A stretch of 64,000 nucleotides of DNA from Phoronis australis (taxonomy: Eukaryota; Animalia; Phoronida). The notes below the pieces were generated by a model. It had not been told where the DNA came from and did no database searches. It saw nothing but the letters and a program-made list of their open reading frames with translations. The translations under genes and the position numbers were made by a program. The stretch is from contig NMRA01000377.1 of the NCBI GenBank assembly GCA_002633005.1, forward strand, positions 54,507-118,506, given 5' to 3'. Shown here in pieces: positions 28,391-41,706 of the stretch. Positions within the stretch are counted from its first letter, which is position 1; every line of letters starts with the position of its first letter.

Positions 28391-29482
28391 TCAGTTGAAA
28401 ACCACCAACAGTGCAATGACCAGATGCCCAATGAATATGCACAATGCTTTCAATAAGTGATCCCCCTGGCCATCCATGGCACTTGGAATTATCTCAAAAA
28501 ACAGCGCGTATAAAAACGTGCCTGTCGCAATTCCCTGCAGGACACTCGAAGCTACCAGTCCTCCAAATCCCTGGAAAGCATCAACAGCCAAGCCGATGCC
28601 TATACCGACAGGAATGGTCAACGAGAAGAACACGGATAACTTGACGATTGTGGAGGGCTTCATGGCATGCTTCATCATACTTGTGCCCAGTGCCAATGCA
28701 CACAGGCACTCGTGTAGAACGACAGCTATGAGCAAATTAATGTACGTGTTGAGGTCTTCTTGCAGACCCAACGCCATGCCCTCGAACACCGAATGCAATG
28801 CAAGAGCCAAGAGCAGAATCAGACAACGGAGGGATGACTCCTCATTGAGTACCCCATCAATATGACTATGGCCAGCATGCGCTTCGTGCGAGTGACTTCC
28901 ATGACTATGGCTGTGACTGTGAGCGTCTCCATTTTCTAACACAGGATCTTTTTTTGGAGCTTTTTTCCGCTTCTTCTTCTCTTTTTTTGACAACGGCTGT
29001 CGCTCCATTTCGCTCGTTGTCAAGACCTCTGTTTCACTTTCACAGCTGCTGCTCTCTTCGTCGCTGGCTGTGTACCCAAAATCCTCAGCCATCGTCGGCA
29101 ACGTTGTTAACTCCACATGATTGACATCAGCCTTTCTCCTCTTCCTCGCCTGTACACTGTGAACAATTTGCTCGACGAATAAGATCATGAAGAAGCCCGC
29201 CACCACCATTGTCTCGGCAACTGGGTAATGGATTACAATACTGCCAACAGTACACGCCTCGTTGAATTTCTTTGTTACCATTGGCATGAGGCCTACGAAG
29301 CAAGTTCCTAGAAACACACCACCGGCCACACAATTCGACAGGGCTAGTATTCGCTTGAATTTTGGCGTTCCATCACCATTTGCTCGACGGAACAGTTTCA
29401 GCGGTAGAAGACAACAGCAGAGGATGATCAGAAAGACGACAAATATGCTGCCGATCTGCAGAGATGTAATCACAGACAGCAT
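28391..29482 (-). CDS. ZIP (SLC39A) zinc transporter, ZIP1/2/3 subfamily, 363 aa, intronless CDS
   Basis: Hydrophobic TM segments, NCVAGGVFLGTC, YPVAE, a His-rich loop HSHSHSHGSHSHEAHAGHSH, TM4 ALALHSVFEGMALG, TM5 AVVLHE and GIATGTFLY..FFEII. Confidence 0.95.
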   Translation of the reverse strand: MLSVITSLQIGSIFVVFLIILCCCLLPLKLFRRANGDGTPKFKRILALSNCVAGGVFLGTCFVGLMPMVTKKFNEACTVGSIVIHYPVAETMVVAGFFMILFVEQIVHSVQARKRRKADVNHVELTTLPTMAEDFGYTASDEESSSCESETEVLTTSEMERQPLSKKEKKKRKKAPKKDPVLENGDAHSHSHSHGSHSHEAHAGHSHIDGVLNEESSLRCLILLLALALHSVFEGMALGLQEDLNTYINLLIAVVLHECLCALALGTSMMKHAMKPSTIVKLSVFFSLTIPVGIGIGLAVDAFQGFGGLVASSVLQGIATGTFLYALFFEIIPSAMDGQGDHLLKALCIFIGHLVIALLVVFN

Positions 29483-29544
29483 ACTGGTAACGGTTCAATT
29501 GTCAGCTCCAAGACTTGGTGGTCATGGCAGCATCTGTCAGACAT
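29470..29544 (-). promoter_or_regulatory. Three upstream AUGs/uORFs in the ZIP 5' UTR
   Basis: After the acceptor TGTTTTCAG|29548 lie 29544-29470 MSDRCCHDHQVLELTIEPLPVCCL*, 29533-29522 MLP* and 29525-29502 MTTKSWS*. Confidence 0.7.
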
Positions 29545-31343
29545 GTGCCTGAAAACAGACAAAAGTGCTAAACTAAAGACTTTCACAAATATATTGAAAT
29601 AATTGAGAGACATGTAAAAACCTCTAACGATTGTTTTTCAAAATGCTACGTTTATCAATGAATATTGTATTTCGATCCAAATCTTGGATTTCATCCAACG
29701 TTGCACTTTATGGCCGCAGGACGGTATTTCCAGACAGTGATTGCACAAAATTTATATAAATTCAAAACTGTTTTGATAAGAGAACAATCAACATGTTAAC
29801 ACATTCACCATTTGAACGATAAATTTAAGTGCACGCATTATCCAAATCCTGTCAAGATAGCTAAGACAATAACAAAGCAGAAATTTCATAAAACAGCCTT
29901 CACTATCACCCTTCTAAAAACAAATTCACCAGCTGAAATATAAATTTAAAGTTGTAACACACAGTAACACAATATGCTAGATATTAAAATAGTAACATAG
30001 CAGAAATGGTATAAAATCACATTTCAGCCTGCCACAATATTTGTCTAAGGCTGTGAAACAAAGGAGAAAAAACATCTGTGCACTATTACTGCCACTTGAT
30101 AATGGTATTTAATGACCATGGAAAAATAAAATAAATTAACGCTGAAGTCAAAGGGAGCAACCAACTATGACTGAAGGGGGGGGCAGACTGTTTGAGCTCT
30201 CGGACTTCACACTGGGGCCAACAACACAAACAAGGGCTAGAAGAGCACCTATGGTATAAGTCCTTAATCAAGATGATTTTGTGAAAAAAGGTGTAAGTTT
30301 CACTAGCACTACAATATCACATGAATACTGAGTTTTTAGATTTTAACGTGCTTTTATCCTCTGTGCTCCAACAAAATAATTAAATGCCAACTACTTCCCA
30401 TATCAGCAATTTAAAAACACAATGCAGTAGAAATCGGTGCAATGAGCAGGAAAAAGGTACAATTGCAAATTAAAGCACTGCCTGATAAACTTCACGGGTG
30501 GCCTTGAATAATAAAAGTTCAGGTGACATAAGGTTTGCAAGTGTTAAAGGCTGACAGGGGTTAAAGTTCTCCGCATGGAGACAATCAGACTGGACACCAG
30601 TGTAAATACATGAAGTAATGCAGACAGCAAGTACCTTGGTAGTAACCACTCAAGTGTTCTCAAGTTTTGAGAACTAGTTTCCTCTGGTGAATAACGGGCG
30701 TCAACTGGTTCTCAAAATGCTGGACCCGTGCAAGTGACTATTGACAGCACCTGCGTAATTCGGTGGCAGAACAAATTCATAGTTGTTTTTCAGTAAAAAA
30801 CTTCATCAGAATGTTACGCATATATAGTCAGGTTCTTATAGTCATTTAATAGAAAATGAGAAATGCCTCATTTCTCATGGTTGCTGACTAGCTGTCATCT
30901 ACCTCAGAAGAAAATTTCAAGAGGTACACTGCATTTCTCAATTCCTTTTGGATGGCTAGTAAGAAAGTGACTATAATATCGTTGTTCCATTTTATAAAAG
31001 GTCATAGACCTGTACCACAGCCTCTCTCTTCTTTTCACCACATAAAAATGTCCGTGTCACTTTTACAATCTACTGTCAGACGTATGAAATTGATCAAGGC
31101 TGGAAATCACCAAAACACAACACGTTGGGTGCATACGAGATCATTTAATGCATCACAAACAAGTACAAAATGTAATTTCTCTTAAATACATAAAGGCCAT
31201 ACATTCAGTACATTAAGGCCATATTCTATCACCACAGACAATTTTCAAATGTCTACCACTCTCAACAAATACTTTTTTATCATAATGTAGGATGGCACTT
31301 GGCTTTCCCCAATATCCAACTGCTGGTTTTTGACCCTTATTAA

Positions 31344-31437
31344 TTGGTCCATTATGTTGGTCCATTACGTTAATCCATTATGTTGGTCCATTACGTTAGT
31401 CCATAATGTTGGTCCATTATGTTGGTCTATTATGTTG
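31344..31437. repeat. 13-bp minisatellite, 7 copies
   Basis: TTGGTCCATTA(T/C)G variants in tandem. Confidence 0.95.
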
Positions 31438-34376
31438 CCCGCCCAGCAGAATTAACAAAGTAGGAAACTGCTTATGGTCTGCTTCCAGTTTTAGGTACTT
31501 ATAAAATCACATTTTTATCCAATTTTCAAAATTCAAAAACCTAACCACTTGTACTTTACACGAACTATTCAAAAATGGTATTTAAAAGCTTCCAAAATGA
31601 AATTTTCAAAAAATACTTTAATTACCCCCAATGTTCCCACCACGTTGATGTTGGGCAATTTCAGACCAGACTAACCACGTTAATCTCCAGAAAATGATCA
31701 GCTAAAGCTGATGGTTTCTTTGAAGATACCAGCGAATATTAAGGTTAGCAAACCGATCCAGTTGCCCAAATTCAATTAGTGAGTTGAGTTGCACAAACTC
31801 AACCGGTGAGGTTATCATTGTTGAAGTTTCTATGGGAGATGCTATCAAAGACCAATCTTGTTTATATCTGTGAATATCTGAATAGATTGAAAGCAGTTAG
31901 AGGTATTCCGGTGTCTAGATTCCCTCTTGATTGCCTGAATGGTGTAGGCATTTCTATAGGCAAGATCCTTGGTTCATTCATACCACCTGCTGAATTTCGA
32001 ATTCCCTATCTACTGTTTTCAGCAATAATGATTTGTCGTTTCTTCAAGCCTACAAACCCAGGAATCAGTCACAAGAAACTTAGGTACGAATGTTTCAACA
32101 AAATTTCAAGTGAAAGATTTACTTGTTCAGGCCTGGGCACATTATAAGTATTACACGTTTAGGGTATGATTTTGACCCTCAGACTGGATATTCCAATAAA
32201 TTTCACTTTACTAAGGCTACAATTTAAAGGGGTGCAGTTCGAAAAAGGGTGAGGTTTTAGGGAACCTAGTGCACACAACCCTAGGGTTTTTCAAAACCCT
32301 TCATAGAAACATACCCCTCGGCCCAGAAATCAATAAGACAACAAGTTATTTCCAGCTTTCATGTAACTAAACCTGGTTGTGCAGCATACTTTGGGGGTAA
32401 ATCGAGTTCGGAGTCTGATAGCACAAAAAACACTCACAGTATCACAGAATGTATATTATATCTCTAGGTGGCAGGTGTTGGCATGTAACTTGCCCAAAGC
32501 ACAGATGGTTACTCTTCATTTTTCCTAGAGCTCATTAATAATTACTCTGTCGTATTTAGTATCCATTTAATTTTAACTACAGCAAAATCTGATCTATTTG
32601 GGAAGAATATGACTGACAAGTGAAACTGTTTTATTTCAGAAAAGATAAGAAATACCAATTAAATACTACTGGTATTTTATTTATCTTATAATGATTCTGG
32701 AAAATGGTGGGTACTTACAAAAAAATGTTAGGAGCCCTAGAAAAGATGAAAAACACCAAATTTGGCAACTATTATGGTCCAAAATTGGTGACATTGTACC
32801 ATAACGTTAAAACGCAAGTCTCTTCAAATTTCTCAAATTTTAATGGAATTGATCCTACGATAACAACTTTAACACGAGGAAAAATTGTCACGGTGCGAGT
32901 TGCCACGTAGCACGAATTGCTTCGTTTTAGTCACATTAGAATGCAGACAGAACCAGCATGAGTCATTTCCATGATGACTGTCCACATATGCTCGCAAAAA
33001 CAACAGCGCGAACGTCCACACCACACGGAACGCCAGCAGATCACTTGTGCAACTCGCTCTACATCTCAAACTGGTATCAAAAATGGTCACTGCCGTGTCA
33101 ACAAGCTCCGTGTCAGTCGTGTTTACACACATACTTGTGCCCAATCAGCTGTTTCAGGTATATGCGGCTAATGAGACACTACATCTCAGTACAAAGATTG
33201 TACACCAATATCACATTCTAAGATGCACCACCAATCAATAAATTTACTGACGACCTATTCCCCCACACCAAACCCCTATTAACACACTCGAGCAAATTGC
33301 CAAGAATCTGAATATATACAGGTGGGAAGCCACCGATCTGTCAACACCATAAAATCAATCATTAGCCTACCCACACAAAATCAAGTAATAAAATGGCCTT
33401 TGACAAAGTCATAAAACTACACAACACAATTTTTATTTAAAAAATTGATGGTTTATGCGTGGATAAATGATTCTTTGGTAGTCAATCCTGAGAAATTAAA
33501 ACAGATAAACAATTCATATTTTGCAATAAGCAGAAAAAAAAAATAATTTATAATCCACACTGGAATGCTAAAAATGGCTTTTTGTCAGGCAATTTCATTA
33601 ATAGAAAACAGAACTTTTAGTATGTTTACTATAACTATAAGGATAATGGCAATATACCCCTGAACTAGGCACGTTCCATGCTGATCTCGTTGTCTGACAG
33701 TCAGAACCCGGCATGACATTTTAATGTAACTGGCCAAGAACACGCAGTTAACAGTTAAACTTGGCCTTCACCCAGAGAGTGTCATTCGAGTCTTTGCAAA
33801 TCTCTAAGAATATATCAATTCATTCAAAGTTTTGGAAAACAATACTTTTGTATCCTGACCATTCCTCACGCAATACATAACCGGAGCAGGAAACTTACTG
33901 AGTCACATTTAAATTCGTGGCACAAAATAAGCTTATTAATAACATACATCAAATCCTGTTTGTGATTTTGAGTTCAATTATGAAGCCTAATGCTATCAAG
34001 CAAGGTTTAATAATAATGACTATGTAATTATTCATCAAAATGACGTATTAGTATTCACTAGAGTAGTACATGACACGTCGCCTACGGTATCTCAGTATCA
34101 GCAGTTGTAAGCCTACAGTAATCTTAATTTACTGACAAACTTAATCACACATTTCACAAACATCCTGACAGCTAACATACCTTCATTAACAAAGTCAGAC
34201 GAGTCACCATGGTTATCTATTTCTCACAGTAGGTAGCATTGAAAACAACAAAAAATTAGTAAAGCTAACGTCTCCCACCCCATCTAGTTCAAATTCTCGT
34301 GTGAGGTACTTAAACTACTGAACAAATTTGAAACACACAAAAGGTTATGAAGGGATCCACCAGAGGGTCTTGCATT

Positions 34377-34495
34377 TAACGCTAGGACCTAACTAAAATT
34401 TAGCCAAAGTCACGTGACCTCATTTAAAATACACGACAATATCTCACGTAATCTCGCGAAGTTTTGCTTTTCAGTGAGGTCCTAGCGTTACTGAA
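34377..34495. mobile_element. Short MITE-like element; second copy at 38982-39117
   Basis: Inverted termini TAACGCTAGGACCT ... AGGTCCTAGCGTTA and a shared internal sequence in both copies. Confidence 0.75.
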
Positions 34496-35684
34496 CGGGA
34501 GGTTAGTATGGTCACAAATGATCAGTAACCATGTAGGCCTGTTAAAATGGCCAAATTCGGCCGATTAAGGAACATCATATCTGATACAAATCTAGGATTT
34601 TATGAGTTTCATGAAAAATTCTTAATAATTGCATAAAATGAAAACGAAAGATTTCAAATAAAATCTTATCACGTTAAAAATTTGCTTAACAGGTGGCAAA
34701 AAGTCAAAAATCAAATTCTACAGACTTTCTACTATCACAAAAATACGTACTTTTACTATAAATTAAAAATCTAGTTTTCAAGATATTTTCTAAATGCACA
34801 GATAACCTCAACATAGTTTCCATTAAGTACTATGAGTACCTTCTAACAAGAAACTCTATACAGGTATCTCGCATGCATACAAATCTCCTTATATACCACC
34901 CCAGTATCTCACCATGGTAAGCAACGGAGGATAAAGGGTCACCACATGACAGCCATGAGGTTGTGCACCTTAATATGTGCAACTCTGGTATATTGGGGAG
35001 ACCTGTAGCAGCCTCCAAGCCCAGATAATCGGAAAAAAAGGCATACAATCCACTCTCAAAACTTGGACACGGACTTGTAAATTTTCAGATTCGGGTGGTT
35101 GCTAAGGATCACCACGGCACACACGGTAGGTGGAAACGTAAGTTCCGACACATTTTTCATTTTAACGTTCATATCTCTGGCCTTAGACATACACTGTACA
35201 ATTCATTACATTAAATTCACTCCGTAGCGTGACATTTTCCCTACAGATGACATCACTGGTAGTCTATGCTATGGTTGTTCTGACTTATTCACATGTTGAT
35301 GGGTTACAAAAAAGCCCAGCTATCTAATCCAGCTTGTTCATCATTTGTGTTTTACACACATCTGTAGAAGGGTTGAAGCTTGAAATGAATGTTGTTCACA
35401 GTGTTTAATACCGTTATACCAGTTTTATAGTCTGTGTTTTCATTCTTAATTCACAATCAAATTAAAAAGAGTATGAAAACAAATAAAATACTGTATACAA
35501 CTAAAATGTTAAATAAACAATTACTTGAACAAATGTGACCAAATATCAATGGCATTTCAGAAACTTGTACACAAATTACAGCCAAGAAGGCACAATAAAC
35601 TGACTATCATACCGAATAACATACCAATTCCCAGTACATCTTTTTGAAGACAGGGGACATTGGTGAGTTCATGACAGCACTTAC

Positions 35685-35792
35685 CAGCCCATTGCATGAG
35701 TGACACTACCTCTGTGGGCAAATTTTATTTTGCAGCAGTCAGCTTTAGGCCTTCCTGCTCTTGTTCAGTAATTGTAGGAATTTGTGACTGCT
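35685..35792 (-). other. Possible internal non-coding 5' UTR exon of the ZIP gene
   Basis: On the minus strand, TTAATTCAG|AGC ... CTG|GTAAGT. Based on splice signals only. Confidence 0.25.
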
Positions 35793-37124
35793 CTGAATTA
35801 AGACAATAACTTGGTGTAAGGTTATGTGTTGATTTGTACACCATTACTTTAATTGGTAATCCTGCCTGGAATCCAGGCTGCACCATAAAATGGTATCAAT
35901 AAGATCAGAAATGGGAAAATTGCTGCAATGTTTATTTGAAGCAACGTAAAAATCTCCGAGCCTTGCTCTGAAGACTTTCCTATCTATACAGATTTCCCGT
36001 ACACGAAAACGAGCAAAATGAGCAAAATTATGTGGCAATGCCAAGATCAGACTATTGTACCGGGTCAAAAGAGTAGGGATATAATGCCTACTAGATCAGG
36101 AGAAGCTTTGAGCATACAAAATAGGACAGGTCAGTAAAAATGGTTTACAGAACTACACTATTTTTCGGACACTTGAAGGTTCTAAAGAAATTGGCTCTGA
36201 TTTTCAGCACTTGTCTCTGTGAAAAGTCCAGGTAGTTACACCAACCAACGCCATTGCATTGTTATTCGTACGAATTAGACTCGTTAAACTTACAACTCAT
36301 TGTCTAGTTTATCTGGCGCAATTAGTACTGCAAGAGAGCTTATCTTGATCTTTTTAGAACATACTTCTCATACACCATATGCAATGCAGGGAATGACAAC
36401 AGCTCAGAGATATAGCGTAGTGCGCAAGTGCTACCTAGACACATAACCCGTTAGTTTTACAGACGATACCTTGCAGAGCCTTGACTGAGTACAACTGTTG
36501 ACCAAATATCATCAGATCAGATAGACAGTGACCACCGTCTTTAATTCAACTACAGATGGTGGAGCTTCTATAGGCCTGTAGTAATAGCCGAGATTACAAT
36601 AGGCCCTTCATATGCTGGAAGCTATTTGGCCAAGTATGCCTCTCACTGATTAAAAAATCAAAGTCACGTTGTTGTAAGTAACTTTTGTGCATAGAGAGAC
36701 ATCTTAGGGGGGTCTTTAATTCCTTCCAACTGGAACAAATAGTGCTAAGTGTCCCTCTATGCGCAAAAGGTACTTAAAATAATGTGATTTTGATGTTTTT
36801 ATCAGTGTGAGGCATAATTCCCCGAAAAGCTTCCAGCGTATGAAACTCCTATGCTTCACCGTCTCTACTGGCCAACTGATAGTAGAGACGGTGGTCACTG
36901 TCTCATCTAACGTACAGATCAGCCAGATGGTGAATCCGACTTAGTAATGAAACGGAAGTTGCAAAAGTAAAATGGCAGTCACCTTTGGCATTGCATCTAG
37001 ATAAAACAGAAGTTTAAGACATATGCAATGACCATAATTGACACGTAACGCAGTCACCTTACAACATACGGTAGAATTCTCTCTCCAACGGCGGCAACGC
37101 GTGTTCCTTCCTATCCGTGTTTAT

Positions 37125-37579
37125 GCTGTGCTCGAACTTGGAATCCTGCTTAATATCAAGATTGCACTATGCGTGAACTTGGAATACACAGGAAACTTGA
37201 CAAGTTCATTCAAATAATCATGTTCACGTTCATAAAAATTTGCACCGCGCAAAAATCAAGTTACATGTTAATACTGTAAAGCAATGTAAATTTCAACCAA
37301 CCTTTAATGTCTTTTTTCAACTATTGGCGATCTTACTTACCAACATGATCTAAGCCAATACCAAAATCATAGTTGGATTAACCAGTTCATACTCCTTTTC
37401 CGTGACAAGAATTCCGTTACGGGAGAAAACAAGTATTCGTGAGGCAGAATGTTAAATGTTGACCAAGACCCTGTCTCACAATAAACAAAAATTCACCCAA
37501 TTGTAGAAATGAATATCAAATTCCAAGATCACGCATACGTGATCTTGAGATTAAGCAAGATCTCAAGTTAAAGCACAGC
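37125..37579. mobile_element. MITE with ~75-bp imperfect TIRs; related arm at ~2095-2155
   Basis: GCTGTGCTCGAACTTGG..GCTTAATATCAAGAT...GAACTTGGAA is mirrored by TTCCAAGATCACGCAT...ATCTTGAGATTAAGC...AGCACAGC. Confidence 0.7.
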
Positions 37580-38299
37580 CTTCACGGCTGGCAGTGCGAC
37601 ATCCGGTCCAAAAATAAAATCTGTTCGAATGAATCTTCCGAAAAGGAAACCGCAACCTTCGTTTGTCTCACGATACCCGTGGTTATTTACTATGTAACGG
37701 TCCCATCAGTGCTTGGGAACTCGCGTCACTGCAATTTTCTGTTACGGGAATATGACTGAGACCTCGGTTGACTGTAATCTAGATGGATTTCATTTATTAA
37801 TAAGAATCCTTATATGCAGGCTTCTCAGTGTGAGGTGAGATTGATTCGTACTCCGGGTTCTGCTGTGACGTAACCCCCGGCCGCGGGCCCGTGTCATATT
37901 TAGTGGTGCAGAACAAATTTTAAACCAATTCCGTATGTTTTTCGTAGATAAAAAACCAGCCTTTTGTATTCTGAGTTTCTTAGCTGGTAAAAATTGGGAA
38001 AACTTGGAGCAATAAAACTTGAATGTCCCCCAATATTTAAATTCTCAAAAAATGAAAATGTCTAGTAAGTTGCTACTTGGTAACATAATTTTCAGAGAAC
38101 TTAAGTTTCCATACATGAAAATTTTTATTACTGGAAAAACATTTGCGACTTAAGATAATTGGAAAAGCTTAAGTTTTGTGAAAAACTTATTTATCAGAAA
38201 AAATAAGTTTTGATAGTACGAAAAACTTTTTTATAAAAACTTTAGTTACTGCAAGAAACTTAAGTTTATTTGTGAAATTTAGTTTCTGAAAAACTCAAG

Positions 38300-38600
38300 C
38301 AGTGGCGAATTTACGGGGAGCAAGGGGGCCATGGCTCCCCCTAAAATTCACACCAGATACCATTTGGGAGTTCGGGTACGCGCAAACAGGTGCTCGTCGA
38401 GGTGAATAAACAACGCATAGGCCTTGAACAAACTGAACAAACCCCATTTACCTTTTTTGAGTCAACAGGTCCGCATTCGAGGCCTCTGTCGCCTCTGTCC
38501 GCATCAAGTTTAGGCTGGGCGCGCACACCTGCCGAAATTGTGGTACTCGGTCATGTCCCGTGCCCTGTCCCCCCAACTCAAAATCCTAGATCAGCCTCTG
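38300..38600. mobile_element. MITE with CAGTGGCG-type termini and 5-bp TSD TCAAG
   Basis: TCAAG|CAGTGGCGAATTTACGGG ... CCTAGATCAGCCTCTG|TCAAG. It is GC-rich and inserted in a degenerate AAAACTTAAGTTT array (~38090-38715). Confidence 0.8.
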
Positions 38601-39244
38601 TCAAGTTCCCTGAAAAAAATTAAGATGGTGCTGAAAAACTTAGGCTTTTGATAACAAACTAAAGTTTCTCCTCAAAAAGTTAAGTAATTTTCCAGCGAAA
38701 AACTTAAGTTCATTTTTCTAGCGTGTCTGCTGCTCATCAGTCCAGGCCCCGGCCCGTTATTGGAAAATTGGACATGGGTCTATTTAAGTTAAACTCTTTC
38801 GTAACGCATTTTGTTAGATAAAGGCATATGCACTTTCGTGTAATGAAATTATTTGTGGAACTTGAAGTGACCCCCACCCCCGAAGCACTGAGGAAATGCC
38901 CAGATATCTCCGATAGACACTCATATACGTGCATGCATATATGTATTACTGCGCAGGGATACATATGAGACCTGGCGTGCATTCAGTAAGGCTAGGACCT
39001 ACACTGGGACCTAGCTAAAATCTAGCCAAAGTCACGTGTTCTAACGTAAAATACACGACAATGTCTCACCTTATCTCGCGAAGTCTTGCTTTTTAACGAG
39101 GTCCAAGCGCTACTGAACTGGACTGAGGCTGGCTTACTACCTATGCAATCTTAAAAGTAATCTGCCTTAACGTGACAAGACTATGCTGTGAAAAAAGAAA
39201 TCTAAACCGTCAGCCAGAAAACGCTTCGCAGAGGCCAACCATAA

Positions 39245-39300
39245 ACTTACAGATTCGAAAATGGCGCTTGTCCGCCTTTTGGCCTGTGAGTTGAGTTGAC
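39245..39300 (-). promoter_or_regulatory. Candidate promoter/first exon of the ZIP gene
   Basis: The minus strand reads GGCGGACAAGCGCCATTTTCGAATCT|GTAAGT, a YY1-like core plus a consensus donor at 39250. This would imply ~9.7 kb of 5' intron. Confidence 0.45.
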
Positions 39301-40529
39301 GGCTCATTTAGCATTAGTCAGCAAATAGGATAAGCATACAAGAATTCCGTACAGGCCTGAAAAAAAAAGACACAAATTTTCTATTCAAAAATTAAATTTT
39401 CTGCAGAACCAAAAACATACTCAAAGCTATTTGTCTCACCATGATCCATAATCTATGACGTCAGGACCATAAAATATACTATCCTTACTTAGGGAAGTTC
39501 TGGGAAGCTAAATTTCCAATAATACAAGAGATGTCATGATGTGGTAACATCAGGACCTTGATTTTCAAGACAAGAGTTTTTGAAACATAGATGACGTTGA
39601 AAACTGAACCTTCGTTATATAGATTTTTAAAGAGGAAAAGGAACCCCCAAAGAGAAAACTTTCACAGGGAATTTTGTCAGAGTCAGAAAAAGCACCTTTT
39701 AATACTCAAAGATTCGTCGTAAGCCTTGTCGTGCCCTGAGCGCTGTTCTATGGGAGTAGGCCTACCCCCCGGAACGAGCAGAATACAGCGACACGTCATA
39801 GCGGGATACTATGATTTCTTTGACAAAGAATTGTAAATTTGTGTAACCAGATGATCAAGAGTTAAGTAGGTCCGTAGTGAAAGTGAAACACTAAAAATTA
39901 TCTTGTTAATGTTTCACAGGCCAAATCTGGGCCTGGGTTTTAATCTCTATACTCGAAATGGAACTCGAAATTATATTTGGCATTTTCTACTCTACTTTTG
40001 TGAGTGCGAAACCAAGATAAGTCTAATATTCTATGCTCGAGTACATGACTTACGTGCAATTGATAAACCCAACATTAGTTCGAGTTTGAACTCGAACTTT
40101 AGAATTTTTACTCGAGCTTGTACCACGAATATATAAGGGCTATCAAGTGCAAACTTGTATTAGAAACTCGCATGCGTAAACTATAATGTATTCGCGAACA
40201 GTCTAATAACTAATAATAAACTCGAGTAGCAGAGAAATTGCCAAAATTAATTTTGAAATCGTATCGAGGACAAAGATTAGATTTCGGGCACTGGTTTAAA
40301 TTGTCCACCACTACAAGCCAGACTGATGGTTTTCAACCCTTTTGTAACATTTCCGACACAAATACGTATTGCAATCGTATGCTTAGCGACAAACAGGACT
40401 TACGGAATTAACGAGAACTTACGAGTAACCACTAGTAGCTCGTATCCGTCCAACTGGCTCACAAGTTTTCGTACACTTGTAATCGCGGTGAAAACGTCCA
40501 AACTCAAAAATTCTAAATATCAAAGTATG

Positions 40530-41706
40530 GTGTAACACTATTTTTCTCCATGAATTCCACAAATAACGAAAACAGCTACGATTTCAAAATAGAAAGATTT
40601 ACTTCTGCCATGGAAACGGTTATGTAATTGTTTTGATGACGCGTCAGTCAACAGCCGAATACAAACTCAGTTTCAGATGTGGTTAGGCACGCACATTTTG
40701 CGAATCTAGCACTTTCTTTTTGTATAGTGCAGCACGTTGGATTTCGTCCACCAGGCTTGGAAGCGGAATATATTTTTAAAACTCAAAGCGCTTCGGTTAA
40801 CAGTTCAACATTGATAGATAAATAGCGGTGAAGAACCAGCTTTACTAACAATCACCCGTATAACTCGAAAAGCGCAGTGTGTAAACCTTCGTTTTTACAC
40901 CGAGACGCGGGTTCAATGTACTGACTAGTCATTTGTTGAGAATGCACATAACCGATGGTTATCAAAATAGGAATTACTAAACAACGGCACAAAAAACCTG
41001 GGGGGTGGAAATCTGATATACAGAGATTTATTGATTCCGGCATTATACGGGGAGATCATAATCTGGTAAGGGAATTAGGGACGGAATCCACTGCCGCAAT
41101 TGTTATTTCCGAGAACTNGTGTAACACTATTTTTTTCCATGAATTCCACAAATAACGAAAACAGCTACGATTTCAAAATAGAAAGATTTACTTCTGCCAT
41201 GGAAACGGTTATGTAATTGTTTTGATGACGCGTCAGTCAACAGCCGAATACAAACTCAGTTTCAGAAGTGGTTAGGTACGCACATTTTGCGAATCTAGCA
41301 CTTTCTTTTTGTATAGTGCAGCACGTTGGATTTCGTCCACCAGGCTTGTAAGCGGAATATATTTTTAAAACTCAAAGCGCTTCGGTTAACAGTTCAACAT
41401 TGATAGATAAATAGCGGTGAAGAACCCGCTTTACTAACAATCACCCGTATAACTCGAAAAGCGCAGTGTGTAAACCTTCGTTTTTACACCGAGACGCGGG
41501 TTCAATGTACTGACTAGTCATTTGTTGAGAATGCACATAACCGATGGTTATCAAAATAGGAATTACTAAACAACGGCACAAAAAACCTGGGGGGTGGAAA
41601 TCTGATATACAGAGATTTATTGATTCCGGCATTATACGGGGAGATCATAATCTGGTAAGGGAATTAGGGACGGAATCCACTGCCGCAATTGTTATTTCCG
41701 AGAACT
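40530..41706. other. 588-bp direct duplication 40530-41117 / 41119-41706 abutting N41118; probable assembly overlap
   Basis: The copies are identical apart from a few SNPs and are joined exactly at the N. Confidence 0.9.

Noticed and set aside
38976-38982. Metal response element TGCACGC (minus strand) near the ZIP promoter candidate
   Set aside because: A single 7-mer match is expected by chance, and no MRE cluster was seen.
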